Position numbers and translations under genes: made by a program
Shown here: positions 1-12,290 of the stretch, piece by piece
How the letters are laid out: every line of letters starts with the position of its first letter
Position numbering within the stretch: the stretch's first letter is position 1
The notes under the pieces: generated by a model
What the model was told of the DNA's origin: nothing
Database searches by the model: none
The model's input: the letters and a program-made list of their open reading frames with translations, nothing else
Source of the DNA: Tubiluchus corallicola
Lineage: Eukaryota > Animalia > Priapulida
DNA length: 64,000 nt
NCBI GenBank assembly: GCA_030141605.1
Contig: JAQGDQ010000455.1
Coordinates: forward strand, 121,776-185,775
Direction of reading: 5' to 3'

Positions 1-87
1 TGTAAGTGTACGTCAGCACTCCTGTTAACGTCTGGAGCGACAGTGGATGAATGTCGCCCTAATGCAGAAAAAAATCTGTTGTCACCA

Positions 88-165
88 TGATCAAACGGGC
101 TGCAGTCTTGACACTGGACTTGTAATACAAAGGCCTCTGGTTTAAATCCCAGCACAGCGCAGGGA
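88..165 (+). mobile_element. Degenerate tRNA-derived SINE head
   Basis: tRNA-like segment ending in a B-box-like GGTTTAAATCCC; no intact cloverleaf. Confidence 0.35.
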
Positions 166-879
166 TTTTCCTTTTGGAAATTTCAAAAATTGTGACTTCC
201 ATCTATTATCCAGCGTTTTCAACATACTATTTACATTACTTAAATGAATATTCATTGCTGGTTGTATTTTAGCTGGTCAAGTTTTAGTCCGTTTATCTAA
301 AGCGAGGTTGCAGATTCAATGCTATGCTTTGCAGATCTTTAGGGTAAAACAGGCTTGTACTTTGTAAACCGCGTTAAAAATATTTCTTTGCAGACTTCTT
401 GTAATATATTTAATTTTTCGTTTTTCTATTTACTCCTTTCGTTTATTGTAGACTAGAAGACAACCTCAAAAGTACGAGTATAAAGTTCGGGGGCTTTTTT
501 TCTAAAAGTCGGCAGCCAGTTTTATCAATTTGACTACATATGCTGAGTCCGAGAAAAACTGTTGTCAACTTGAAAAGTTAGCGGAAATGTGTCAAAAACA
601 CAAATCACAAAGCGGCTGCCAAGGTTTTTGCACAGGTCATATAAATCAAAAGAAATTTCCAGAAACAAAATCATTGGACGTAAACAATCCATTTCGGTTA
701 CTTTCACTTCAAAAATGGTCACCATACAAAACGAAATCATACCGATCATGTAATTATATTAATAGTTTGGCTTAAACTTTTAGTATAAAAACAAAGAAAT
801 AAATTATTTTTGTCAACTCGATATTAAGATGATTTGCTAAATTTAAAAACAAACAATACTACTAGAAAAAACAATGCAA

Positions 880-1400
880 TAAGCAAAAACAAAATGGCCG
901 CCAGATCCCAGACATATAGTCCAGCAGAATGGTGGATTATTGTTCATCTTACCTAAAAGTTATTAAACTTTGAAAAATGCTAGAGCCCATCAAGGTGTTT
1001 ACTTTTGAATATTAGTCAATCAAAAATTGGCTGTTGCTATCATATAAAGGCTATATCTTAACTACTGGAATGGATAAATTGATAAGATGATGATTTTGGT
1101 GTGTAAATGTAGTTATTCAAGGTAAAAAATCCACTTCTGATACTTAAAAACATCTATGATTCCCCCTGTTTAGGATTTCAAGGTTGTTGCAAAAAAAGCT
1201 GCAGCCATTGTGTAATATATTAGTTATACTGCGTGTGCTGCTGGAGATAAGACGATGAATTTTGCATCTGGATATATCTTTTAGAGGTCAAGGATTCCAT
1301 CTATGATGGCCGCCATTTTCAAAATGGCCGAAAAGATGGTTGTTGCTAGCTCATAATGCCATATTCCAGAAAAAGCCAGAGGCACTGAATAAGCATCAGG
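880..1400 (+). mobile_element. Academ-family subterminal relic
   Basis: Repeated AAAATGGCCGCC/GCCATTTT motifs; 1021-1300 aligns by eye with 26150-26440, which adjoins an Academ transposase relic. Confidence 0.45.
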
Positions 1401-1407
1401 TCTTGAC

Positions 1408-2262
1408 CTGTGCGTGATAAAAATGGCGCAGGAAAAAATGGCACAAATGGAAAAGTAGGGAAAAATGGCACGTGTTATTTTGATGCAGCTAATTTCTATA
1501 ATAAAACTAGAATGCACTCAGTAGGAAGTAGATCTCTGCCAAGCCGAATAATCCTAAACTTATTCGTCTAATTCTTTTGATTAAATAAATTTTACACAAA
1601 GATAAGCAAGCAAACACACAAAAATGTACCCGTATTGGTATTATATAGACTAACAAAAGACACAAAATATTTGTTCATTAAATTGATTTAGAATCGATAA
1701 TGTGCGAATGCTTCACATAGTGTTTATCTACCTTTTCAACCATTAATTTTGGCGATGGTAATAGATTGACAAATATATACCAAGTCATCTTATAAGGGCT
1801 AATTAGGCTATACACATTAATAAGCAAAGGTCATAAACAGCGTCACACTGTTTTACAAGCCAGAATTTCTCGATATGGAACTAGAATTAATTCGTAGCTG
1901 TTTGTCCAGGTGGAGATAACAAAAAAGAAATACTAAACACTCCCTCTGAGACCTCAACGAAATGCTTCACGAATGTTTTTTGTACGTAGTGTTCGGTCAA
2001 ATTTTCCGAAAAAAGAACCGGCAAAAAATTCCCATTTTGGCACCATATACCCGCCTTTCTTCACAGAGTTTCTTGGAAATCTGTTAGGTAGTTATTGCAC
2101 AAGAAGCCTACTGCCACACCAGACCGAACAAACTTGAAGCATAACTTATTTGGTTGAAGTTATGTTTGAAGTTTGGTCGAAGCATAACTTGAAGCATCCC
2201 TAACCCTAAACGCATATTTTACTAATTTTTGCCATTTTTCTTGTGCCATTTTACATACAGCA
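1408..2262. mobile_element. MITE with AAAAATGGCAC-repeat inverted ends, carrying a nested insertion
   Basis: Left end ctgtgcgtgataaaaatggcgcaggaaaaaatggca is the inverse of right end tgccatttttcttgtgccattttacatacagcag; a short relative lies at 21135-21222. Confidence 0.5.
1505..2162 (+). mobile_element. Helentron/Helitron-like non-autonomous element nested in the MITE
   Basis: Starts AACTAGAATGCAC; ends in a degenerate ACAG/ACAA tract followed by the hairpin taacttatttggttgaagtta. Confidence 0.35.
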
Positions 2263-4590
2263 GTCCTTTGCCAATACTTAGCATTTACTTGGTAAGAGAA
2301 AAACGATGCCTTAAACCACATGGTATTATTACTATTATTTATGTTGAACCTTAACTATATCACACATTCAATATAATGTCTGTCTCATAAAGAAATCTGC
2401 TGTAAGAAACAAACAGCTCATGTCAGAATTTATAGGTTGTTGGTATATAGATGACTTAGATAACATTACCTTTAAAACAATCTGTCACACTCACCACCAC
2501 ATTTGCATTGCGCTGTGCAAGCAAGACTTGCTTAGACACATTTTCATCTTTCATGGCACTATTGTGGCAGGCCTGCAGCAACATTTAATAAGTTGTTGAT
2601 ATGCTCCAGTGCAGTGCTTAATGTTCAGTGTGGTTCAGCCTGGCTAAGTTGATAAGACTGAATACGTTTCCCACTTAGAAAAAAAAGGCTTCCGGGAGGA
2701 ACTTTTCTGAAAATTCGTCTAGTCTATTGTTTGTGATGAGAGGCAGTAAACACTTAAAACTTAACCCACATTATAACTTATAACTCTTATAACTAATGCT
2801 TGTAATAAATAAACTGATGAAAGTTATTGTGTCTCAAGGCAAGTTTGTACAAAACTTACTTTCAGCCTGAAATCTCGAGTATTACCAATTTAAGTATTTA
2901 CCGGTGCCAGTGTGCTGTTTAACTTCTGTGTAAGTGTGCCAGAAAGCGTAAGTGTACAAAACGTGAATGGAAGTATGTTTATTGTTGTGTAAATATGGAT
3001 CACTAATGTTAATGTGGCGTCATCATATCATAAATGCATGACTCAAGCCCTGTAACCTAGTATAAAGTCCTTATTGCAAAAAATTATTGCGTGCGAACAA
3101 CATAGCAAATTCCCCATTTTAATGATTTTATGGCTCTCTGCGGCGGCAAAATTTGCAAACGAGGTCAAATACCTTGTACGTAGAAATACCAGTTTATAAG
3201 TTTTCCTGGAATTCAAGTGTTATTACGACCAAGCAGACAACATTAATGTTGCTAACATCTGGCATAACAGCGGCATGCGCACGTTGGTTGATGATGGTCT
3301 CATGCCAGCGAGGATTTTGCTCTGAAAAATTGACAGAGTGCCAAATAAACAGATTACGTCATTCGTCATCTTCAATCACGCACGCTTCCTGTTTATAACT
3401 TTAAATTTGTTTTTATCGAATTCGCAATTTAAATAAACAAACACTGTCACAATACTATGCAGTTTGCGAGAAGATAAATGCTTTAATTACTCTAATAAAT
3501 TGTTTTAGAACTCGCCATGTCATTCACTGTTAAAAGATCACAAGCACTTGGGTGGATTAAAATTTTGTAAAAGTTGAAAAAGTTTAACGAATGTTTTGAT
3601 CCCTTTTATGTGTATTAAGTATCATACACGGAAAAGCCTACAATATCGTTGAAAAGGTGTTTTCTTTAAGGTGACATTTTGTATTTTGTTATTAGCGTAA
3701 ATGTTGCATATACAAATGATGAAATTTATCGAAGATTTAAAATGGTTGTTAAAATGTAATTGTTTAATGACTTTTAATGTTTAGTACATTGCTGAATGAA
3801 TAACTGTATCAAAGCTTCGTCAATATGTAAATTGTTGTGAATAAGCTGTTGAACACAGCACTGGAATGTGTAAGCTTGCCTATCTTAAACGACTATCATA
3901 AATTGTTCTCTAACTTATTTGCTAAGTAGGAGCATAGGTTCTAAGTAACGAAATTGAATTTTATCCGCTATTGTGCTTTTATTAACTGCACATAGCAATA
4001 AACTATTTTGAATGCACCACAAGAAAACTATAAAGCGCTAATTCAATTATTATAGAAACAAAAAATGAGAATAAATTGTGAGAAAATCAGTTATGGCAAT
4101 CAGTTAAACACTAGAGATGTTCAGTTCACTTATTTATTGTATTTCGTGACTGGGCAGCTAGCTTGACCGTTATTTGCGTACAATCTATACTGTGTACATA
4201 CATCCTTTGTTGTACATTTTATGCGAGCCCGCTAAAATAACTGTGTGCATAGTTTTCTAAAGGTCGCGCCTCCTCGTACTTATGCGTTCTTGAATGAAAG
4301 CGGATACTGGCGCTGACTGTAAAATCAATCTCATGCCTCACATGACGCTGTATCATGTACAGCACTGGCTGCTAACACACCCACGTAGTGCTAGCCAATC
4401 GGTATGCGCCATTTTGAGGTGTGTTTGCTATTTGTTTGTATTAACGATCAGTATTGTAAGCGCCACACTTTATGATACTTATCTCACAGGTTGTATAAAT
4501 TCCAGATGATATTTACTATACTTAGTGTACTATATGGCACCTGTGTTATCTAATTAATGCATTGACTAACTTACATTTATCATCTGGCTG

Positions 4591-5189
4591 TTGGGTTGCC
4601 ACCACTCCTACTTCGACCCGGAATCTCCTGAAATTCAGCCATACATCCGTAGTTTGGTCGGATTTTTGAAAAATTCTGATATCTCCTCATTTTGACCGTC
4701 ACTTTGAAATTTGTGTGGAAAAGTGGAAATGTATTTTCAAAAACCAATGTTGCTGAAACAGGAATCTTATTAAAATACTAAACTTACATGCTTCATAATT
4801 TAACGCAATCTACATTTTTCGCCAATTTTTGCTGCAGCGGCAATTGCTGCAATGCAAGTGTTATTTCGGTTAGGTTTAATTCACTTAACATAAACCATCT
4901 ATCTTCAGAAATCTCGAAAACGTAAGAAATGTAGTGGGACTGGGAAGGAACTAAAAATTGATGTGCACTGCTTGCACTTTTGTAAATTTTAAGGTTTTGG
5001 GGCTTTTTGGAATCTAAAATTAAGAACTGTGTACTACTTCATGCTTTAAATTTCTTGATTTTTGTTTCCGAAAAAAGCCTCGTAAAACGTCTAAGATACA
5101 GGAAATGCGTTGGCTTCCGCGGTTCGGTCCCAGAACTCCTAGCTGGCTCTAAACTCCTAATTTCGGTTCGTGACGAGGTGGCAACCCTA
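4591..5189. mobile_element. hAT-type MITE
   Basis: TIRs TTGGGTTGCCACC / GGTGGCAACCCTA; 8-bp TSD tctggctg (4583-4590) vs tctgcctg (5190-5197), 7/8 identical. Confidence 0.8.
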
Positions 5190-5591
5190 TCTGCCTGTCT
5201 GTATTTTCACAAGTTATTATCTAGATCTAGTCAGTTCATGGGGTTTACGAAATTCCCTGTAAATGTTTCTAGGACCTTCAATTTTTAGCTTTTTGTAGGT
5301 TACCAACATGACTGGTATGAGCTGTAATGTTTAAAATTTCAGTATGCCCTTCATTCCTATTATTCATGTTCTTCTGTGTGTTCTAAGTGTTGTTTGTCAT
5401 GTTGTTTCTCATATTCTCATGACAAACAACAACAACAAACAGCAACAACAAAAACATGAACAACATGAAATAGGAAAGTATATTGTCCTATGAAAAGTCC
5501 TATGTTAAGGCCAAACTTTATTGATCCGATGATAAAATTCATGTGGCATTTTGTGCTTGTTCCTCTTCCTTTTTCTTATTGTGCTTTCTCC

Positions 5592-5592
<1 letters not shown>

Positions 5593-5662
<70 letters not shown>

Positions 5663-5668
5663 CCTCTC
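5593..5668. repeat. (CT)n microsatellite
   Basis: Direct reading. Confidence 0.95.
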
Positions 5669-5691
5669 ATGTCTCTTTCCGTTTACTCTCC

Positions 5692-6281
5692 GGAAAAATA
5701 TTTGGGACATATTATTTCAAATGATAACCGAGATGACCTTGACATTATTAATCAAAGATCCCTATACTATTGTCGTACAAACCAACTTATTAGAAAATTC
5801 AGCTATTGTTCTGTTGATGTTAAAAGATATCTATTTAATGCTTACTGTAATACATTCTATTGCATGTCTACTTGGAGACATTTTAATAATGGTAATATCT
5901 TAAAACTTAAAATTGCGCACAATGTGTCAAAAAGATTATTTTTCGGATATGCATATGATTACAGTGCTCGTGAGATGAGTGTTGAAATTCACGTGATGTA
6001 TTTTGATGTATTACGTAGAAAATCTGTGTTAAGTTTAATGAAAAGATTTGATACTAGTGATAATTTAATGTGCCAGAAAATTTTAGTAAGCGATGCCAAA
6101 TTTACATCGCACATAAGACAGCAATGGTGGAGACTATTATTGTAATTTTCATGTTTAACTAAGTTTGTGTGTGATTTGTTTGTAGTGGTTTTTTGTTTTT
6201 ATGATGTTGTATGTTGTATATATGTAATTTATATTATGAACTTATGTTTGAAATAAAGAATTAAATCAAAAAAAAATCAAA
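5692..6281 (+). mobile_element. 5'-truncated non-LTR retrotransposon (RTE-X-like ORF2 C-terminus, 3' UTR and tail)
   Basis: Open frame EKYLGHIISND...NQLIRKFSYCSVDVKRYLFNAYC..W to the stop at 6145; AATAAA and a TCAAA/A-rich tail; candidate TSD tctcc at 5687-5691 and 6282-6286. Clade is tentative. Confidence 0.75.
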
Positions 6282-6673
6282 TCTCCTATTTCTATCTCCC
6301 GTGTGTGTCACTGTACTTAAACGGCATTCCGTATGTTCTACGTTAATGTTTTATTTCTAGTCTAGTTAATTTTTGATACGTTGATATTAAAATTTATAGT
6401 TAACGATTGCACAAATTTGTCTTCTAAATTTAGTTCACGAAATTATCGTTTCTTGCGTTCATTGCGTCTGTCCTTCGCGTAAAATAGCAGTGCTTGTATA
6501 CGATATGACTATTATTGTAAAATTCCGCCAGAGTTTTGGCATTTTGCCAACGTAGCAAGTAGCAGTCACTGTGTTGTAAAATCCAATATTATGTGTGCAG
6601 CTTGCAAGGCTAGCATTGAACGAACTTGATGCAAGCGTCCTAAATGCTGATCAATACTGGCGTAACAATAATA

Positions 6674-6832
6674 AGTAACTAGTAAATACAAATAATATAT
6701 TAAAATACCTGTAGAGTGCTTGTTTTTTAAGTGTTGTATGATTGTAAGTAGGCTAGTAAATGCAAGTAGTACATTAAAATATCTGTAGAGTGCTTGTTTT
6801 TTTATGTAATTTATGATTATAAGTAGGCTAGT
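6674..6832. repeat. Imperfect tandem duplication, ~74-bp unit
   Basis: aaaata(c/t)ctgtagagtgcttgtttttt...aagtaggctagt occurs twice. Confidence 0.8.
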
Positions 6833-7533
6833 GATCAGTTGTGTTGCTGATATTGGTGTAACATTTTGTGGTGTTGTAGTTGTGGGCTATGTTTTTTATA
6901 CCGACTTTGATTAACGTGTCTGTTTAGTAGTAAAAGTAATATGTAACAGCAACTTCTGCTGTTATAACAAACTTCAAATAATTATCTGCAAAATACCGAA
7001 AGAAAAAATAAATAGCCAACAAAACTGGCGTCACTAGGGTGCCGTTTAAATAATCCTACATGAATTTATTAGCAAATTATGAACATGTTGCTAAAAATAA
7101 ATAATGTTACTTTTATTTGAAATAGCTTGCGTGAGCAGTATTTTTGGAAACTAAGTACGCGTGGCCTCCTTAATGATCTGTTTCTTCCTATTATTAGTTT
7201 TTTATTTGAAATTCGTATATTCTGATTTTGTGATCTGTTCATAAATTAACTGACTAAATAGTTGGTCGTTTTTTTAAATACTACCGTATTTTGCCATAAC
7301 AGTAATGACTAGTTTCGTGCCAGGTAACTTTCGTTAAATAAAAAATGTCTGTTTTTTATGGCTTTATTTTTCTCTAGATTCAACTACAATCTTGGCTTTA
7401 ATCATAGCAAGCGCAAACTGTCACTTGTGCGTAGACGAGTCACGAGTAGAAAAATGGTTTAACAATTTTAATACTAAACTACAAAGTCCGACCAAAAAAT
7501 CAATTTTAAAAGAAGTTCGGCAACCCCGGCGAG

Positions 7534-7745
7534 TTACGTAATACACGGTAAAGCGCTTTTACTGGGAACTGCTGCGCTTTGCAGTGAGCATGTTGAGAAA
7601 ATTAGCATACCACGAGATTCGCGCTAAGCCCGAATGACGTAAGCACGAACTACTGACGTCATGGATTCACATGGTTTCCTGCGCAAGGCTCGCGACTCAT
7701 ATTGATCTGCGCAGGCTGGGCGCTACCAGGAACTGTATATAAGGA
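7534..7745 (+). promoter_or_regulatory. Hexokinase proximal promoter (TATA box plus CRE/bZIP sites)
   Basis: TATATAAG at 7736-7743, perfect CRE TGACGTCA at 7654-7661, TGACGTAA at 7635-7642, TTACGTAA at 7534-7541; CpG-rich; about 140 nt upstream of ATG 7883. Confidence 0.65.
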
Positions 7746-7882
7746 GTGCCGGTTTGCTCTGCTTTAGATTTAATACTACTGTGCTTAAGCGAATTTTACG
7801 CTGTGAAACAAGTGAATAAATAACAAGTTTAACCGAGAGTTTTTCGCACTGACTGTAAATCGTTAAGTTAATTCGTGGAACA

Positions 7883-8032
7883 ATGGCTGCGTGTGGTTGC
7901 GTCGTCTGCGTAAGAAATAATGATTTGGAAGAAATAAAGTCAAAAACAGGGTTGATCTCTCGTCTTTCCTTGACGAAGAAACTTCTAGAGCCGTCAGAAT
8001 CGTGTAAACATGTTATAATGAATAGACGCAAG
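7883..8032 (+). CDS. HK: Hexokinase coding exon 1 (MAACGCVVC...MNRRK)
   Basis: ACAATGG start context downstream of the TATA box; 50 open codons; phase-0 donor AG|GTTAGC compatible with exon 2. N-terminus is not conserved, so this exon is less certain. Confidence 0.7.
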
Positions 8033-9045
8033 GTTAGCAGTAACAAATGGTAACATTTATTAGTTAGTGGCATTCAGCGAGTTCTGATGTACAGCTAAAT
8101 TCTGTAGCTGTTAAATCTGTTGCTGAACTTACGTTATAGAACTTTTATAAGCTTTTATCTTTTGGTTCATGTTTTCATATTGACTAATGTGTCATATCCT
8201 TTTATTAACATTGGCAAACTCTGAATTTTGCTGACATTTTTTCTCTCGTGATACTTTTCTTTAAATTTAACTAGTTAATGTTGTTTCGTATTTTGTAAAG
8301 CATATTCACTTGCTGGTTGCGATTACTGCTGTGCAGCTCATAAAAGCTGGTTATAGTGTAAATCTTGCATTAGTCTATTTGTGGCTGAGAACTGTTGACT
8401 GCATGTAAGACTGCTTGCATTTGTGCTAACAGCAACTGTCAAAAATCTAGCTAGTAGCTGTACTGCCTGGCATCCATTCTTGCTATTTTTATGGGAGTTC
8501 GTCCTTGAAGCCTCATGGTGTCGTCCTACGCTGGGGAGGGGTTCTTGATTTGAGAGATGAAATGAAGCAGCTTATGCTGTTCACATTCTAGACCAGGAAT
8601 TAGGCTAAGCTTTTCAGATATGTTTGTTGCCAAAATAACGTATTTGAAGTGAGGAAAATAGAATTGCTCAAGATAGTTTTGTTTGTTGTCTCATGGCTCT
8701 TAATGTGGATCCGCCCCCACTAACTGCGTTTTGGCTTCATCTGATCTAGAACCTGGCAAGTTGCCAAGACAAACACCTCAACTGCGCAGCATAACGCGTG
8801 GTTATTTTCGCTACGACATTTCGCAGAATTTAGTCGCCCTGGTTTTCGTTTCGCTTTTTTCTGATTTTCTCTTTCCGTTTTGCGAAACTAATCGGTTACA
8901 TATGAAACCAAATCTGTTTACCAAAACATGAAAGTATTTCCCTTATGTACCGAAATGATTCAACAGAAATGACAGCTTTCTCTATCCCAAGAATTTTGTT
9001 TAAAGCTTCGTAGTCATTTATTTTACTTACGTTGTCTCATTCCAG

Positions 9046-9208
9046 GTTGACAGTATTTTGTCTGAACTTCGGCTGGGTGATGATGGGTACAGAAAAGTCC
9101 GTGATTTGATGACACAAGCAATGAATAATGGACTTGGGGCAAAAACCAATCCCAATGCGGTGGTTAAAATGTTTCCATCATACGTTCGATCTGTGCCAGA
9201 CGGAACTG
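9046..9208 (+). CDS. HK: Hexokinase exon 2 (VDSILSELRL...VKMFPSYVRSVPDGT)
   Basis: ttccag| acceptor, G|gtgagt donor, 163 nt; contains the hexokinase KMxPxYV..PDGTE motif. Confidence 0.95.
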
Positions 9209-9702
9209 GTGAGTGAATTTCCTGGTCCATTGAAAATGTCACGTTTACTTTACATAAGTGTAGAACTGCACGTACTGCACGATTTCCTTACAAACTGCTA
9301 TACAAACAAGTCACAATATCATGGCACGATTTCAAAAAAGTCAGTCTTACTCCAGCTGAATATTGAAGGAAGCTGTCAAATATTTTTGTAGTACTTTCTT
9401 CAACTTTAATAAATTTGTTGATGATTAGGCCACAAGCATCTAGTTATTTGCTAAAGAGTGATAAAACTGAATTGATTATTATTAAATACTAATATCAAAA
9501 CATAAGTAAGTGTATGGCCATTGTACTATGGTCTGTAAATAACATTTTTAGGTTAGGATAGTTGCCAATAATTATTTACTATGTCTGATAGTAGCACCAC
9601 GAGTGCCACCTTTGTCCCCTGGATAACTGTATTTATCTCATGGATTAAACTAAGCTAACTTTTCTGCTTTGGGTTATGTGTTAATTTATGCTCTTGTTGC
9701 AG

Positions 9703-10061
9703 AACAAGGAAAATTCCTGGCTTTGGACCTTGGCGGGACAAACTTTCGAGTTCTGCTGATCGAGCTGAAACCCGGAAATGAAGTGGAAATGCAGAGCAAG
9801 ATCTTTGCAGTACCTCAACGTATAATGGTCGGTCCTGGGAAGGACCTGTTTGATCACATAGCTCTCTGCCTAGGTTCATTCATTAAGGAGCATGGTCTGC
9901 AGGATACCAAACTACCTCTTGGTTTCACATTTTCATTCCCATGCAAGCAAGAAGGATTGACATCTGCTAAATTAGTGAAGTGGACTAAAGGCTTCAAATG
10001 TTCTGGAGTTGAAGGAGAAGATGTGGTTCGTTTATTGAGAGAAGCTGTACAACGACGGAAA
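9703..10061 (+). CDS. HK: Hexokinase exon 3 (phosphate-1 and sugar-binding motifs)
   Basis: [34 protein letters not shown]; ttgcag| and |gtaagt; phases match the neighbouring exons. Confidence 0.97.
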
Positions 10062-10211
10062 GTAAGTACTCCATTAGAACTGAACTGAAACATTTAATTT
10101 TTCAGAGCTCTTATTTTGTAAAATCTCGACACGCACAGCTGTTAACCATTATGTTAATATTACAGTAAGAACTTCTTTCTAAAGTGTTATAGAATTATCT
10201 TTTACTTTTAG

Positions 10212-10391
10212 GAATACGACATTGATGTTGTTGCTTTAGTGAATGACACGGTTGGAACTCTCATGGCGGTTGCACATCGTGACCCAAAATGTTTGATAGG
10301 CATGATAATTGGCACCGGGTCCAACGCTTGTTACATGGAAAAATTAGATAACGTTGAATTATGGAATGAAGATCTTGACAATCCAAAAGAG
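10212..10391 (+). CDS. HK: Hexokinase exon 4 (catalytic NDTVGT and phosphate-2 motif)
   Basis: [17 protein letters not shown]...[12 protein letters not shown]; ttttag| and |gtgtgc. Confidence 0.96.
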
Positions 10392-10664
10392 GTGTGCTAA
10401 TAAACAAAATATATTGGTGTTTATATATATTACACTTAGATAATATATGTGGGAGTATGTGTAAATGTGTAAGTTTGAGAAGTATTATAAAACCTTTTCT
10501 GAGCAATGTTTTGTTAATGATAACTGTCACTCTAGTGCAACTGTTTTTGATTTACAAACTTCAGAGCTAGGATTGTAAACTAGAAGAGGAATTATGTCAT
10601 TTCCTGTTAAGAACTAGTTTACTTTAGAGATAAACTTGACTCACTTCCTGTTTGTCTGTTAAAG

Positions 10665-10777
10665 GTAATCATTAATACAGAATGGGGCGCTTTCGGAGAT
10701 GATGGCGCACTTGATTTTATGCTCACGTCATATGACAGGGAGGTTGATGCAGGATCAATGAACAAGGGTCGACAATT
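10665..10777 (+). CDS. HK: Hexokinase exon 5
   Basis: [14 protein letters not shown]...[15 protein letters not shown]; aaag| and |gtaagc. Confidence 0.96.
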
Positions 10778-11141
10778 GTAAGCTTACTTTCTTCAGGTTT
10801 TGTGTTTTAGACTGTTTTACTCACCTTTTGTTAGGTCAAAGATGTCTATCATCTTGTAATGTAACAATGAATACAAGTATCTGTAGACAGCAGAGTGATT
10901 CATGGCAATAGCGTTTGTTCTTGTGAGAGTTAACTTTGCCATTTACTTATATCATAATTACCTGAATGCTGTGTATTCTACTGTATAAAGAAGTTACTTA
11001 AATTCTTGTCATTGTGTAATTTAATAAATTTTTATTTTAATGTTTTAGTTCCTATTCGTAAAGTTTACTTCCACTAAAGTTCCTTTTATTTTACTTTCCT
11101 TACTTTATTTTCGTTAAATTGCTATGAATTAATTTTTGCAG

Positions 11142-11297
11142 ATATGAAAAAATGATCTCTGGAATGTACATGGGAGAAGTGGCTAGGTTGGTGTTGCTCA
11201 GACTCACACAAGAAGGTTTATTATTTAATGGTGAAGTGTCAGAAGAACTTGCAACAAAGGGTCTATTCTACACTAAATACGTTTCTGAAATAGAGAG
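11142..11297 (+). CDS. HK: Hexokinase exon 6
   Basis: [16 protein letters not shown]...TKYVSEIE; ttgcag| and |gtaagt; 156 nt. Confidence 0.96.
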
Positions 11298-11546
11298 GTA
11301 AGTTTAATGGTGTATTGTTCTATGTTTGCTTATATTTCAAACTTACACCTATAATAAACACTGCGTCTTAGAATATTATTAATCTATGCACCTTGTTCGT
11401 GATTTTTTGAGCTCAAACAAGATAGCACACACAATTTAATTGCCAAATTTAATTCATATTTTAACTTGATTTTAGACAAAATGTTTACATTGTTTTGTTG
11501 CTGCAATTAACCTTTCTGATGGCTAAACGAAAGTGATCCTTTACAG

Positions 11547-11686
11547 TGATCCACCAGGTTCTTTCAATAATGTTGTGCAAGTACTGGAAGACATGGGTGT
11601 AACATCATATACGGATGAAGAGTGCAGAATAGTTCGTATGGTGTGTGAGCATGTATCTCGTCGGGCAGCTTTTCTTTGTGCTGCTG
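11547..11686 (+). CDS. HK: Hexokinase exon 7
   Basis: DPPGSF...VCEHVSRRAAFLCAA; ttacag| and |gtaagt. Confidence 0.95.
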
Positions 11687-11849
11687 GTAAGTGCTGTGGT
11701 AAATTAACATTTTGTCTTACTTTTGTGTACAGCCATGTTGATATAGTGTTTAACTTTCTGGCATTCGGTTCATGTAGTCTACTATGACAAAGTAAATGTT
11801 TAATTTTTGAATGTTTGTTTTATTCTCTATTTTCTCACTTACATTGTAG

Positions 11850-11986
11850 GTCTTGCTGCTTTACTGAATAAAATCAATCAGCCAGATGTGACAATAGCTG
11901 TTGATGGCTCCGTATACCGTTTTCATCCGAAAGTACACGACTTGCTCGTGGAAAAAATCTCAGAGCTTAAACATCCAGAATTAAAA
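11850..11986 (+). CDS. HK: Hexokinase exon 8 (adenosine motif)
   Basis: GLAALLNKI..VTIAVDGSVYRFHP; ttgtag| and phase-0 |gtaagt. Confidence 0.96.
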
Positions 11987-12209
11987 GTAAGTTTGCCACT
12001 TGTTAGCCATGTATTAAAGCTCTTTTTTGTTTTTATTATTTTTGTAGCTTGTAATTGCAGCTTTAATCGTTGGTGTTAGCGGTTACATTTAACTTTTTAT
12101 AGTTTTTGTTCTACCTCAATGCTTCCTGCTGGTTTTGCACAATAGTACTTTTTTCTGTTCACGTTTTCTAGCAAAGCACGCTTTACGTTTTTTATGTTTG
12201 TATTTTCAG

Positions 12210-12290
12210 TTTTCGCTGACTCTATCCTCAGATGGGTCTGGCATTGGTGCTGCTATTATAGCGGCTGTTTCTCAAAGGTTGAAACAGTAA
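12210..12290 (+). CDS. HK: Hexokinase terminal exon 9a (FSLTLSSDGSGIGAAIIAAVSQRLKQ*)
   Basis: ttttcag| phase-0 acceptor, DGSGxGAA motif, TAA stop; AATAAA at 12435-12440; gives a 492-aa protein. Confidence 0.9.
   Translation, partial: FSLTLSSDGSGIGAAIIAAVSQRLKQ

Noticed and set aside
2207-2220. Telomere-like CCCTAACCCTAA
   Set aside because: Only two units, inside a MITE arm
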